DNA from: Pristiophorus japonicus
Lineage: Eukaryota
Direction: 5' to 3'
DNA length: 64,000 bases
Assembly (NCBI RefSeq): GCF_044704955.1
Contig: NW_027254382.1
Coordinates: 124,001 to 188,000, forward strand
Below the pieces are notes generated by a model. That model did not search any database. It worked only from the letters and a program-made list of their open reading frames with translations, and was not told the origin of the DNA. Made by a program: the position numbers and the translations under genes. Positions 50,144 to 62,282 of this stretch are shown here, piece by piece; the stretch's first letter is position 1, and each line of letters opens with the position of its first letter.

Positions 50144-51960
50144 AGGGGAACCAGTGAGTGTGGAACTGAACCCAACAAGAATCAGCACCTTCAGGGGAGG
50201 GGAACCAATGAGTGCGGATCTGAACCCAACCAGAATCAGCACCTTCAGGGGAGGGGAACCAGTGATTGTAGAACTGAACCCAGCCAGAGTCAGCACCTTC
50301 AGGGGAAGGGAACCAGTAAGTGCAGAACTGAACCGAACCAGAGTCAGTACCTTCAGGGGAGGGGAACCAGTGAGTGTAGAACTGAACCCAGTCAGAGTAA
50401 GCACCTTCAGGGGAGGGGAACCAGTGAGTGTAGAACACAACCCAACGAGAGTCAGCACCTTTAGGGGAAGGGAACCAGTGAGTGTAGAACTGAACCCAAC
50501 CAGAGTCATAACCTCAGGGGAGGGGAACCAGTGAGTGTAGAACTGAACCCAGTCAGAGTCAGCACCTTCAGCGGAAGGGAACCAGTGAGTGCAGAACTGA
50601 ACCCAGCCAGAGTCAGTACCTTCAGGGGAAGGGGACCAGTGAGTGTGGAACTGAACCCAGCCAGAGTCAGTACTTAAGGGGAGGGGAACCAGTGAGTATA
50701 GAACTGAACCCAGCCAGAGTCAGTACCTTCAGTGGAAGGGAAACAGTGAGTGTAGAACTGAAGCCAGCCAGAGTCAGTACCTTCAGGGGAGGGGAACCAG
50801 TGAGTGTAGACCTGAACCCAGCCAGAGTCAGTACTTAAGGGGAGGGGAACCAGTGAGTATAGAACTGAACCCAGACAGAGTCAGTACCTTCAGTGGAAGG
50901 GAAACAGTGAGTGTAGAACTGAACCCAGCCAGAGTCAGTACCTTCAGGGGAGGGGAACCAGTGAGTGCAGAACTGAACCCAGCCAGAGTCAGTACCTTCA
51001 GGGGAGGGGAACCAGTGTGTGTAGAACTGAACCCAGCCAGAGTCAGTACCTTCAGGGGAAGGGAACCAGTCAGTGTAGAACTGAACCCAGCCAGAGTCAG
51101 TACCTTAAGGGGAGGCGAACCAGTGAGTATAGAACTGAACCCAGCCAGAGTCAGTACCTTCAGGGGAGGGGAATCAGTGAGTGTAGAACTGAACCCAGCC
51201 AGTGTCAGTACCTTCAGGGGAAGGGAACCAGTCAGTGTAGAACTGAACCCAGCCAGAGTCAGTACCTTCAGGGGAGGGGAACCAGTGAGTGTAGAACTGA
51301 ACCCAGCCAGTGTCAGTACCTTCAGGGGAAGGGAACCAGTCAGTGTAGAACTGAACCCAGCCAGAGTCAGTACCTTCAGGGGAGGGGAACCAGTGAGTGT
51401 AGAACTGAACCCAGCCAGAGTCAGTACCTTCAGGGGAGGGGAACCAGTGAGTGTAGAACTGAACCCAGCCAGAGTCAGTAATTTCAGGGGAGGGGAACCA
51501 GTGAGTGTAGAACTGAACCCAGCCAGAGTCAGTACCTTCAGGGGAGGGGAACCAGTGAGTGTAGAACTGAATCCAGCCAGAGTCAGTACCTTCAAGGGAA
51601 GGGAACCAGTGAGTGTAAAACTGAACCCAGCCAGAGTCAGTAGCTTCAGGGGAGGGGAACCAGTGATTGTAGAACTGAACCCAGCCAGAGTCAGTACCTT
51701 CAGGGGAGGGGAACCAGTGAGTGTAGAACTGAACCCAGCCAGAATCAGTACCTTCAGGGGAAGGGAACCAGTGAATGTAGAACTGAACCCAGCCAGAGTC
51801 AGTACTCTAAGGGGAGGGGAACCAGTGAGTATAGAACTGAACCCAGCCAGAGTCAGTACCTTAAGGGGAGGAGAACCAGTGAGTGTAGAACTGAACCCAG
51901 CCAGAGTCAGTACCTTAAGGGGAGGAGAACCAGTGAGTGTCGAACTGAACCCAACCAGAA
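50144..51960 (+). repeat. 54-bp minisatellite, about 33-34 copies
   Basis: Unit AGTCAGTACCTTCAGGGGAGGGGAACCAGTGAGTGTAGAACTGAACCCAGCCAG. Confidence 0.96.
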
Positions 51961-52170
51961 TTGGTGTTGAAAACTGGGAGTGGAGGAGCAACAGTTTAGA
52001 AATGTGTGTTGATTTGGATTTCAGCACAGCAGGAGGGACAATGTGTTGGACAGGGATTTAAAGCTTTGGAAGAACAAGAGAGGAAAGAATGTTCCATGGA
52101 AACTAGATGTGTCTATCCTGAATTTCTGTCTTGTACTGACAGTGATGAGTTTTGTTATCTCCTTTTACAG

Positions 52171-52694
52171 CGTATTAGAAGGGGAGATTTTCAGACAGGA
52201 AACACAAACCAAACATCATGTCAAGATCTGACGGACTCAATCGATTCATCAGGACCCGAATATCATCGTCCTTTGAAAGTGGAAGGAGAAATGTTTGTCT
52301 GTCCTGCCTGTGGGAAAAGATTTCAAACATCAGTGTGACTGGAAAAGCACAGAGACACACACACCCGAGTGATTGATCCAGTGCTCTGCCTGTGGAAAAA
52401 GCTTTAACCAATCACACAGCCTGAAGAAACATCGCACCATTAACAGCGGGGTGAAACTGTAAACGTGTTGTGAGTGTGGGCGAGGCTTCAACTGATCGTC
52501 CAACCATCCAGAGTCACAAGGATACCAGCACCATGGAGAAACTGTGGGGACTATGGGAAGGTATTCAGATCGCCGTCTGTGCTGGAAATTCATCGACGCA
52601 TTCACACTGGGCAGAGGCCGTTCACCTGCCCCATGTGTGTGCAGGGATTCTCAGGGTCATCCCACCTGCTGAAACACCAGCAGTTCACAAGTGA
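52171..52694 (+). pseudogene. Degenerate C2H2 zinc-finger exon
   Basis: Acceptor CTCCTTTTACAG at 52159-52170; [31 protein letters not shown]; stops and frameshifts. Confidence 0.85.
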
Positions 52695-53174
52695 CTGCAG
52701 GTGTTGGAATCTGCTGTTAATCACATCCCGACTGAACCATGTTCATTCTGACAGTTGGGGTTTGTTTCTGCTGATAATAACCCTATAACTGGGCTGGACT
52801 TTAATACTCTGGATATATTGCTGATTGTGTTCTCGAGGCTGCAGTGTCCATTTAAGAAACGCTGTGTGTTATCTTCCCGCTTAATTCAGCGACTCTCAAC
52901 AGAAATTTAGTTTGCAATAAAATTATGCATTTTTACTTGAATCCTACATTGATCTTTGGTACAAAATCTACAATAGTGTCAAACTTTCCACTGAATATAA
53001 TCTCTAAAAAGAGCTTGCTGACAATGCTTACTGACTTGCACATTACAGACAGTGGCCCCTCCATTATCCACCAGAAAGGAGGAGAATGGGAATTGGTGCG
53101 GAATCAGTGTCCCCATAGTTGCCCCTCCCGTCTGGTGTAACAATCCCCTCGGCACGGGAATGGAGACAAGTCCA

Positions 53175-54218
53175 GACCAAAACTGTGTGCAGTACTCCAG
53201 CTGTGGTCTTACCAATGGCCTGTACAGTTGTAGCAGGACTTACCGACTTTTATACTCCACCCCCTTGCAATAAAGCCCAGCATTCCATTTGCTTTCCTGA
53301 TTATTTGCTGTACCTGCATGTTAACCTATTGAGATTCTTGTACAAGAACACCCAGATCCCTCTGTACTACAGCATTTTGTAATCAACCCCATTTAAATAA
53401 TAATTCACGTTTTTATTTTTCCTACCAAAGGGGATAACCTGACTTTTGCCACATTATAGTCCATCTGCCAGATTTTTGCCCACTCACTGAGCCTGTCTAT
53501 ATCCCTTTGTAGATTTGTTGCCTCCTCCTCACAACTTGCTTTCCCACCTATCTTTGTATCATCAGCAAATGTGGCTGCGTTACTGTCGGTCCCTTCATTC
53601 AAGTCATTAATATAAATTGTAATTAGTTGAGGCCCCAGCACTGATCCCTGTGTCACCCCATTAGTTACAGTTTGGCAAATCTAAAAATGACCCATTTATC
53701 CTGACTTTCTGTTTTATGTTAGTTAGCCAATGCTCTATCCATGCTAATATATTACCTCCATGAGCTCTTAGCTTCTGCAGTAAACCTTTGTGTGGCAACT
53801 TATCAAATGCTTTCTGGAAATCCACATATACGACATCAACTGGTTCTACTTCATCCACTCTGCTTGTTACATCCTCAATCAACTCCAGCAAATTTGTCAA
53901 ACATGATTTCCCTTTCATAAAACCATGTTGAATCTGCTTGACTGCAATATGATTTTCAAAATGTCCTGCTACTTTTCCTTAATGATGGACTCCAGTATTA
54001 TCCCACTGACAGATGGTAGACTAACTGGTCTATAGTTTCCTGCTTTCTGTCTCCCTCCTTTCTGAAATAGGGGTGTTACATTTGCTGTTTTCCAGTCCAC
54101 TGGGACTTCTCCAGAGTTCAGGGAATATTGGTAGATAACAACCAGTGCATCCACTATCTCTGCAGCCACTTCTCTGAAGACCCTGGGATGCATGTCATCA
54201 GGTCCAGGGACTTGTCCA
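53175..54218 (-). mobile_element. CR1 RT fragment abutting the right tRNA array
   Basis: QGSVLGP, FADDTKIGG and AGNYRPVSL motifs. Confidence 0.92.
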
Positions 54219-54371
54219 CCTCGTTGTCTCTCGTTGTCTCTATCTCGCTGTCTGTCTCTCCCTGTTTGTCGGCTTGTCTCTGTCTCTCAATGTGTCTGTC
54301 GACTTCTCATGGTGTCCAGTTCTGTTCACAGTGGCTCGATTACTGCTCTGGCAGAGCTGGTGCACGTCAGT

Positions 54372-54443
54372 TCCTCGTTAGTATAGTGGGAAGTATCCCT
54401 GCCTGTCACGCGGGAGCCCGGGGTTCAATTCCCCGACGGGGAG
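54372..54443 (+). tRNA. tRNA-Asp(GTC)
   Basis: TCCTCGTTAGTATAGTGGGAAGTATCCCTGCCTGTCACGCGGGAGCCCGGGGTTCAATTCCCCGACGGGGAG; 72 nt, cloverleaf-compatible. Confidence 0.9.
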
Positions 54444-54662
54444 GCAGTTGTTTCAAAATGTAGAATTTTACTTCTGTTTCTTGGAAGAGATTCATATTAA
54501 AAAGTTCCAGAGCAATATCGAACTGTAAAAATACAGACAGAGGAGATTGCCTCGTCCAGATTTTTAGCAAACGGAGAATTTTTCAGCCGTCTTTGGCCGT
54601 CTGCTGCACAGAGATGGATGACTGAGTTTTTTCTGAGTAACGTTTGAAAGGGCAGCGGCACA

Positions 54663-54743
54663 GTAGTCGTGGCCGAGTGGTTAAGGCGATGGACTAGAAA
54701 TCCATTGGGTTATCCCGCGCATGTTCGAATCCTGCCGACTACG
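54663..54743 (+). tRNA. tRNA-Ser(AGA), one T-stem mismatch, 81 nt
   Basis: GTAGTCGTGGCCGAGTGGTTAAGGCGATGGACTAGAAATCCAT...GCATGTTCGAATCCTGCCGACTACG; T5 terminator about 10 nt downstream. Confidence 0.85.
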
Positions 54744-55144
54744 ATTCTCAGCATTTTTCATTCCATCTCACAATTTAACCGGTTCTCTGCCAAACTGATC
54801 CTGAGATAGATGGAATAACGTCCCACACCTTTCAACACTGACATTTTTTTCTCATTTTTATTAATCTGCAATATTCACGATATATCCGTTTCAAAAATCG
54901 CAAACATCAGTCAAAGTTGCGACAGTGATTCAGCCTGTCTATCCTTCGAGATGACGAAGGCATCTGTGCATGCCCGTTGGTGCGTGCACATTTTTGGTTA
55001 TGTGTGTGCGTGTCTTTGTGTCTGTCTATCTCTATATATGTCTCTGTGTATGTGCAACTGTCTGTGGAAATCATCACCATGCATTTAGTATGTCCTGGAA
55101 CTTATAAAAAAGACTTGGGGGAAATAATAAGATTGTGAACATTT

Positions 55145-55398
55145 GTATCGGCTTTGGTTCAGTGGCAGCACTCTCGACTGAATCGGGAGTTTGTGTGTTC
55201 AAGTCGCACTTCTGAGACTTGAGCTTTATCATCTTGGCTAACACTCAAGTGCAGCACTTGGGGAATTTTGCAATGTTGAAGCTGTTGACTTTCGGATGAA
55301 ATGTTAAATTGAAGCTCCGTCTGCAACCTCGGGTGGATATGAAAGTTCCCAGTGCATTACTCGAAACAGAGTAGGAGATTTGCCCCCGTCTCAATATT
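55145..55398 (+). mobile_element. Truncated Deu-domain SINE in the unit; also about 58081-58334, 60048-60301, 62984-63237
   Basis: Homologous to the left-array copies and to 35771-36030. Confidence 0.72.
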
Positions 55399-55507
55399 CC
55401 TAAAAATGTTCGTAAATGCTCACTGAAAGCCGATGTGTATGTGTTTGTATGTGGGGTTGGGGTTGAAGCCCAGATTCTCACAGAGACGGAATGCAGGTTC
55501 TCACAGG

Positions 55508-55589
55508 ACGAGGATCGCCGAGTGGTTGAGGCGTTGGCCTTGAATTTTAATGGATTTTTCCCGCGTGGGTTCGCACACCACTCCTGGTA
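55508..55589 (+). pseudogene. tRNA-Leu(TAA)-derived pseudogene (anticodon reads TGA)
   Basis: ACGAGGATCGCCGAGTGGTTGAGGCGTTGGCCTTGAATTTTAA...GGTTCGCACACCACTCCTGGTA; anticodon stem and B box broken. Confidence 0.85.
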
Positions 55590-56338
55590 TCTCTTTTATT
55601 TAACACGGATTTCCTCCCATTCTGATCAGTGAGACCGGATTTTCATCGGTTGAATCAGCAATTTTCTGTAACAATGTGACACTCTGAACCGATAATGAAA
55701 TGAAATTGTGAAATGTATCTGCGTCGCTCGGTCTCTCCCTCACTCTCTCTTCAGAGAGTTGTGTATGTGTTTGTGTGTATGTGTCTTTGTCTCTCTCAGT
55801 CTGACTCACTCTGGCTGTCCCTGTTTCTCTGTTTGTCTCTGTCTCTCAATCTGTCTCTTTCTCACGGTGTCACGTCTGTTCCAATGGGATTCTCTCAGAT
55901 TCTTTGTCTGACTGGCTCTCTCTTTCCCATCATTTCGGTCTGTCCATGTCTTTGCCTGTCTCTGTTAGTCCCTGCCTGTTAGCTGAGAAGTATTTCCATC
56001 ATTTTCTGTTTTAGTCTCTATCGCTCTCTCTCCATCTGTCTCTTTCCTTGTAACTGTCTTTATCATTGTCTTTCTATCACTCTTTCCCTCTCTCTCTCTT
56101 AATAGATCAAACACACACACATCTCTGTATATGTATATGTTTGAGTCTTTTTCTCACTCAGTCTGCCTCTCCTTCTCAGTCTCACACATTCTGTCTCTCG
56201 TTGTCTCTATCTCGCTGTCTGTCTCTCCCTGTTTGTCGGTTTATCTTTGTCTCTCAATGTGTCTGTCGACGTCTCATGGTGTCCAGTTCTGTTCACAGTG
56301 GCTCGATTACTGCTCTGGCAGAACTGGTGCACGTCAGT

Positions 56339-56410
56339 TCCTCGTTAGTATAGTGGGAAGTATCCCTGCCTGTCACGCGGGAGCCCGGGGTTCAATTCCC
56401 CGACGGGGAG
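56339..56410 (+). tRNA. tRNA-Asp(GTC)
   Basis: Identical to the 54372 copy. Confidence 0.9.
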
Positions 56411-57307
56411 GCAGGTGTTTCAAAATGTAGAATTTTACTTCTGTTTCTTGGAAGAGATTCATATTAAAAAGTTCCAGAGCAATATCGAACTGTAAAAATA
56501 CAGACAGAGGAGATTGCCTCGTCCAGATTTTTAGCAAACGGAGAATTTTTCAGCCGTCTTTGGCCGTCTGCTGCACAGAGATGGATGACTGATCAGTGAG
56601 ACCGGATTTTCATCGGTTGAATCAGCAATTTTCTGTAACAATGTGACACTCTGAACCGATAATGAAATGAAATTGTGAAATGTATCAGCGTCGCTCGGTC
56701 TCTCCCTCTCTCTCTCTTCAGAGAGTTGTGTATGTGTTTGTATGTTTGAGTCTTTGTCTCTCTCAGTCTGACTCATTCTGGCTGTCCCTGTTTCTCTGTT
56801 TGTCTCTGTCTCTCAATTTGTCTCTTTCTCACGGTGCCACGTCTGTTCCAATGGGATTCTCTCAGATTCTTTGTCTGACTGGCTCTCTCTTTCCCATCAT
56901 TTCGGTCTGTCCATGTCTTTGCCTGTCTCTGTTAGTCCCTGCCTGTAAGCTGAGAAGTATGTCCATCATTTTCTATTTCAGTCTCTATCGCTCTCTCTCC
57001 ATCTGCCTCTTTCCTTGTAACTGTCTTTATCATTGTCTTTCTATCACTCTTTCCCTCTCTCTCTCTTAAGAGATCAAACACACACACACATCTCTGTATA
57101 TGTATATGTTTGATTCTTTTTCTCACTCAGTCTGCCTCTCCTTATCAGTCTCACACTTTCTGTCTCTCGTTGTCTCTATCTCGCTGTCTGTCTCTCCCTG
57201 TTTGTCGGCTTGTCTCTGTCTCTCAATGTGTCTGTCGACTTCTCATGGTGTCCAGTTCTGTTCACAGTGGCTCGATTACTGCTCTGGCAGAACTGGTGCA
57301 CGTCAGT

Positions 57308-57379
57308 TCCTCGTTAGTATAGTGGGAAGTATCCCTGCCTGTCACGCGGGAGCCCGGGGTTCAATTCCCCGACGGGGAG
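57308..57379 (+). tRNA. tRNA-Asp(GTC)
   Basis: Identical to the 54372 copy. Confidence 0.9.
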
Positions 57380-57598
57380 GCAGGTGTTTCAAATTGTAAA
57401 ATTTTACTTCTGTTTCTTGGAAGAGATTCATATTAAAAAGTTCCAGAGCAATATCGAACTGTAAAAATACAGACAGAGGAGATTGCCTCGTCCAGATTTT
57501 TAGCAAACGGAGAATTTTTCAGCCGTCTTTGGCCGTCTGCTGCACAGAGATGGATGACTGAGTTTTTTCTGAGTAACGTTTGAAAGGGCAGCGGCACA

Positions 57599-57679
57599 GT
57601 AGTCGTGGCCGAGTGGTTAAGGCGATGGACTAGAAATCCATTGGGTTATCCCGCGCATGTTCGAATCCTGCCGACTACG
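57599..57679 (+). tRNA. tRNA-Ser(AGA), T-stem mismatch
   Basis: Identical to the 54663 copy. Confidence 0.85.
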
Positions 57680-58443
57680 ATTCTCAGCATTTTTCATTCC
57701 ATCTCACAATTTAACCGGTTCTCTGTCAAACTGATCCTGAGATAGATGGAATAACGTCCCACACCTTTCAACACTGACATTTTTTTCTCATTTTTATTAA
57801 TCTGCAATATTCACAATACATCCGTTTCAAAAATCGCAAACATCAGTCAAAGTTGCGACAGTGATTCAGCCTGTCTATCCCTCGAGATGACGAAGGCATC
57901 TGTGCATGCCCGTTGGTGCGTGCACATTTCTGGTTATGTATGTGCGTGTCTTTGTGTCTGTCTATCTCTATATATGTCTCTGTGTATGTGCAACTGTCTG
58001 TGGAAATCATCACCATGAATTTGGTATGTCCTGGAACTTATAAAAAAGAATTGGGGGAAATAATAAGGTTGTGAACTTTTGTATCGGCTTTGGTTCAGTG
58101 GCAGCGCTCTCGACTGAATCGGGAGTTTGTGTATTCAAGTCGCACTTCTGAGACTTGAGCATTATCATCTTGGCTAACACTCAAGTGCAGCACTTGGGGA
58201 ATTTTGCAATGTTGAAGCTGTTGACTTTCGGATGAAATGTTAAATTGAATCTCCGTCTGCACCCTCGGGTGGATATGAAAGTTCCCAGTGCATTACTCGA
58301 AAAAGAATCGGAGATTTGCCCCCGTCTCAATATTCCTAAAAATGTTCGTAAATGCTCACTGAAAGCCGATGTGTATGTGTTTGTATGTGGGGTTGGGGTT
58401 GAAGCCCAGATTCTCACAGAGACGGAATGCAGGTTCTCACAGG

Positions 58444-58525
58444 ACGAGGATAGCCGAGTGGTTGAGGCGTTGGCCTTGAATTTTAATGGATTTTTCCCGC
58501 GTGGGTTCGCACACCACTCCTGGTA
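58444..58525 (+). pseudogene. tRNA-Leu-derived pseudogene
   Basis: As 55508. Confidence 0.85.
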
Positions 58526-59274
58526 TCTCTTTAATTTAACACGGATTTCCTCCCATTCTGATCAGTGAGACCGGATTTTCATCGGTTGAATCAGCAATTT
58601 TCTGTAACAATGTGACACTCTGAACCGATAATGAAATGAAATTGTGAAATGTATCTGCGTCGCTCGGTCTCTCCCTCTCTCTCTCTTCAGAGAGTTGTGT
58701 ATGTGTTTGTATGTATGTGTCTTTGTCTCTCTCAGTCTGACTCACTCTGGCTGTCCCTGTTTCTCTGTTTGTCTCTGTCTCTCAATCTGTCTCTTTCTCA
58801 CGGTGTCACGTCTGTTCCAATGGGATTCTCTCAGATTCTTAGTCTGACTGGCTCTCTCTTTCCCATCATTTCGGTCTGTCCATGTCTTTGCCTGTCTCTG
58901 TTAGTCCCTGCCTATTAGCTGAGAAGTATTTCCATCATTTTCTGTTTTAGTCTCTATCGCTCTCTCTCCATCTGTCTCTTTCCTTGTAACTGTCTTTATC
59001 ATTGTCTTTCTATCACTCTTTCCCTCTCTCTCTCTTAATAGATCAAACACACACACATCTCTGTATATGTATATGTTTGAGTCTTTTTCTCATTCAGTCT
59101 GCCTCTCCTTCTCAGTCTCACACATTCTGTCTCTCGTTGTCTCTATCTCGCTGCCTGTCTCTCCCTGTTTGTCGGTTTGTCTCTGTCTCTCAATGTGTCT
59201 GTCGACTTCTCATGGTGTCCAGTTCTGTTCACAGTGGCTCGATTACTGCTCTGGCAGAACTGGTGCACGTCAGT

Positions 59275-59346
59275 TTCTCGTTAGTATAGTGGGAAGTATC
59301 CCTGCCTGTCACGCGGGAGCCCGGGGTTCAATTCCCCGACGGGGAG
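59275..59346 (+). tRNA. tRNA-Asp(GTC), C2>T variant
   Basis: TTCTCGTTAG...; otherwise identical to the 54372 copy. Confidence 0.87.
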
Positions 59347-59565
59347 GCAGGTGTTTCAAAATGTTGAATTTTACTTCTGTTTCTTGGAAGAGATTCATAT
59401 TAAAAAGTTCCAGAGCAATATCGAACTGTAAAAATACAGACAGAGGAGATTGCCTCGTCCAGATTTTCAGCAAACGGAGAATTTTTCAGCCGTCTTTGGC
59501 CGTCTGCTGCACAGAGATTGATGACTGAGTTTTTTCTGAGTAACGTTTGAAAAGGCAGCGGCACA

Positions 59566-59646
59566 GTAGTCGTGGCCGAGTAGTTAATGCGATGGCCTAG
59601 GAATCCATTGGGTTATCCCGCGCATTTTCGAATCCTGCCCACTACG
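59566..59646 (+). pseudogene. tRNA-Ser pseudogene with 6 substitutions (anticodon AGA>AGG)
   Basis: GAGTAGTTAATGCGATGGCCTAGGAAT...CATTTTCGAATCCTGCCCACTACG. Confidence 0.87.
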
Positions 59647-60410
59647 ATTCTCAGCATTTTTCATTCCATGTCACAATTTGACCGGTTCTCTGCCAAACTG
59701 ATCCTGAGACAGATGGAATAACGTCCCACACCTTTCAACACTGACATTTTTTTCTCATTTTTATTAATCTGCAATATTCACGATACATCCGTTTCAAAAA
59801 TCGCAAACATCAGTCAAAGTTGCGACAGTGATTCAGCCTGTCTATCCTTCGAGATGACGAAGGCATCTGTGCATGCCCGTTGGTGCGTGCACATTTTTGG
59901 TCATGTGTGTGCGTGTCTTTGTGTCTGTCTATCTCTATATATGTCTCTGTGTATGTGCAACTGTCTGTGGAAATCATCACCATGAATTTAGTATGTCCTG
60001 GAACTTATAAAAAAGACTTGGGGGAAATAATAAGATTGTGAACATTTGTATCGGCTTTGGTTCAGTGGCAGCACTCTCGACTGAATCGGGAGTTTGTGTG
60101 TTCAAGTCGCACTTCTGAGACTTGAGCTTTATCATCTTGGCTAACACTCAAGTGCAGCACTTGGGGAATTTTGCAATGTTGAAGCTGTTGACTTTCGGAT
60201 GAAATGTTAAATTGAAGCTCCGTCTGCAACCTCGGGTGGATATGAAAGTTCCCAGTGCATTACTCGAAAAAGAATAGGAGATTTGCCCCCGTCTCAATAT
60301 TCCTAAAAATGTTCGTAAATGCTCACTGAAAGCCGATGTGTATGTGTTTGTATGTGGGGTTGGGGTTGAAGCCCAGATTCTCACAGAGACGGAATGCAGG
60401 TTCTCACAGG

Positions 60411-60492
60411 ACGAGGATCGCCGAGTGGTTGAGGCGTTGGCCTTGAATTTTAATGGATTTTTCCCGCGTGGGTTCGCACACCACTCCTGGTA
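60411..60492 (+). pseudogene. tRNA-Leu-derived pseudogene
   Basis: As 55508. Confidence 0.85.
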
Positions 60493-61241
60493 TCTCTTTT
60501 ATTTAACACGGATTTCCTCCCATTCTGATCAGTGAGACCGGATTTTCATCGGTTGAATCAGCAATTTTCTGTAACAATGTGACACTCTGAACCGATAATG
60601 AAATGAAATTGTGAAATGTATCTGCGTCGCTCGGTCTCTCCCTCTCTCTCTCTTCAGAGAGTTGTGTATGTGTTTGTGTGTATGTGTCTTTGTCTCTCTC
60701 AGTCTGACTCACTCTGGCTGTCCCTGTTTCTCTGTTTGTCTCTGTCTCTCAATCTGTCTCTTTCTCACGGTGTCACGTCTGTTCCAATGGGATTCTCTCA
60801 GATTCTTTGTCTGACTGGCTCTCTCTTTCCCATCATTTCGGTCTGTCCATGTCTTTGCCTGTCTCTGTTAGTCCCTGCCTGTTAGCTGAGAAGTATTTCC
60901 ATCATTTTCTGTTTTAGTCTCTATCGCTCTCTCTCCATCTGTCTCTTTCCTTGTAACTGTCTTTATCATTGTCTTTCTATCACTCTTTCCCTCTCTCTCT
61001 CTTAATAGATCAAACACACACACATCTCTGTATATGTATATGTTTGAGTCTTTTTCTCACTCAGTCTGCCTCTCCTTCTCAGTCTCACACATTCTGTCTC
61101 TCGTTGTCTCTATCTCGCTGTCTGTCTCTCCCTGTTTGTCGGTTTATCTTTGTCTCTCAATGTGTCTGTCGACGTCTCATGGTGTCCAGTTCTGTTCACA
61201 GTGGCTCGATTACTGCTCTGGCAGAACTGGTGCACGTCAGT

Positions 61242-61313
61242 TCCTCGTTAGTATAGTGGGAAGTATCCCTGCCTGTCACGCGGGAGCCCGGGGTTCAATT
61301 CCCCGACGGGGAG
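61242..61313 (+). tRNA. tRNA-Asp(GTC)
   Basis: Identical to the 54372 copy. Confidence 0.9.
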
Positions 61314-62210
61314 GCAGGTGTTTCAAAATGTTGAATTTTACTTCTGTTTCTTGGAAGAGATTCATATTAAAAAGTTCCAGAGCAATATCGAACTGTAAAA
61401 ATACAGACAGAGGAGATTGCCTCGTCCAGATTTTTAGCAAACGGAGAATTTTTCAGCCGTCTTTGGCCGTCTGCTGCACAGAGATGGATGACTGATCAGT
61501 GAGACCGGATTTTCATCGGTTGAATCAGCAATTTTCTGTAACAATGTGACACTCTGAACCGATAATGAAATGAAATTGTGAAATGTATCAGCGTCGCTCG
61601 GTCTCTCCCTCTCTCTCTCTTCAGAGAGTTGTGTATGTGTTTGTATGTTTGAGTCTTTGTCTCTTTCAGTCTGACTCATTCTGGCTGTCCCTGTTTCTCT
61701 GTTTGTCTCTGTCTCTCAATTTGTCTCTTTCTCACGGTGCCACGTCTGTTCCAATGGGATTCTCTCAGATTCTTTGTCTGACTGGCTCTCTCTTTCCCAT
61801 CATTTCGGTCTGTCCATGTCTTTGCCTGTCTCTGTTAGTCCCTGCCTGTAAGCTGAGAAGTATGTCCATCATTTTCTATTTCAGTCTCTATCGCTCTCTC
61901 TCCATCTGCCTCTTTCCTTGTAACTGTCTTTATCATTGTCTTTCTATCACTCTTTCCCTCTCTCTCTCTTAAGAGATCAAACACACACACACATCTCTGT
62001 ATATGTATATGTTTGATTCTTTTTCTCACTCAGTCTGCCTCTCCTTCTCAGTCTCACACTTTCTGTCTCTCGTTGTCTCTATCTCGCTGTCTGTCTCTCC
62101 CTGTTTGTCGGCTTGTCTCTGTCTCTCAATGTGTCTGTCGACTTCTCATGGTGTCCAGTTCTGTTCACAGTGGCTCGATTACTGCTCTGGCAGAACTGGT
62201 GCACGTCAGT

Positions 62211-62282
62211 TCCTCGTTAGTATAGTGGGAAGTATCCCTGCCTGTCACGCGGGAGCCCGGGGTTCAATTCCCCGACGGGGAG
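62211..62282 (+). tRNA. tRNA-Asp(GTC)
   Basis: Identical to the 54372 copy. Confidence 0.9.

Noticed and set aside
41494-51960. CRISPR-like appearance of the regular repeats
   Set aside because: Head-to-tail units with no unique spacers, no cas genes, and a vertebrate context.
50828-52061. 402-aa (+) and 399-aa (-) ORFs
   Set aside because: Both are translations of a stop-free 54-bp minisatellite; 2-bp-deleted units break the frame upstream and there is no domain or proper start context.
54444-54470. Loss of the Pol III terminator after right-block tRNA-Asp giving Asp-Ser read-through
   Set aside because: The first T-run is broken (TGTTT), but a T4 lies about 22 nt downstream and further T-runs precede Ser.
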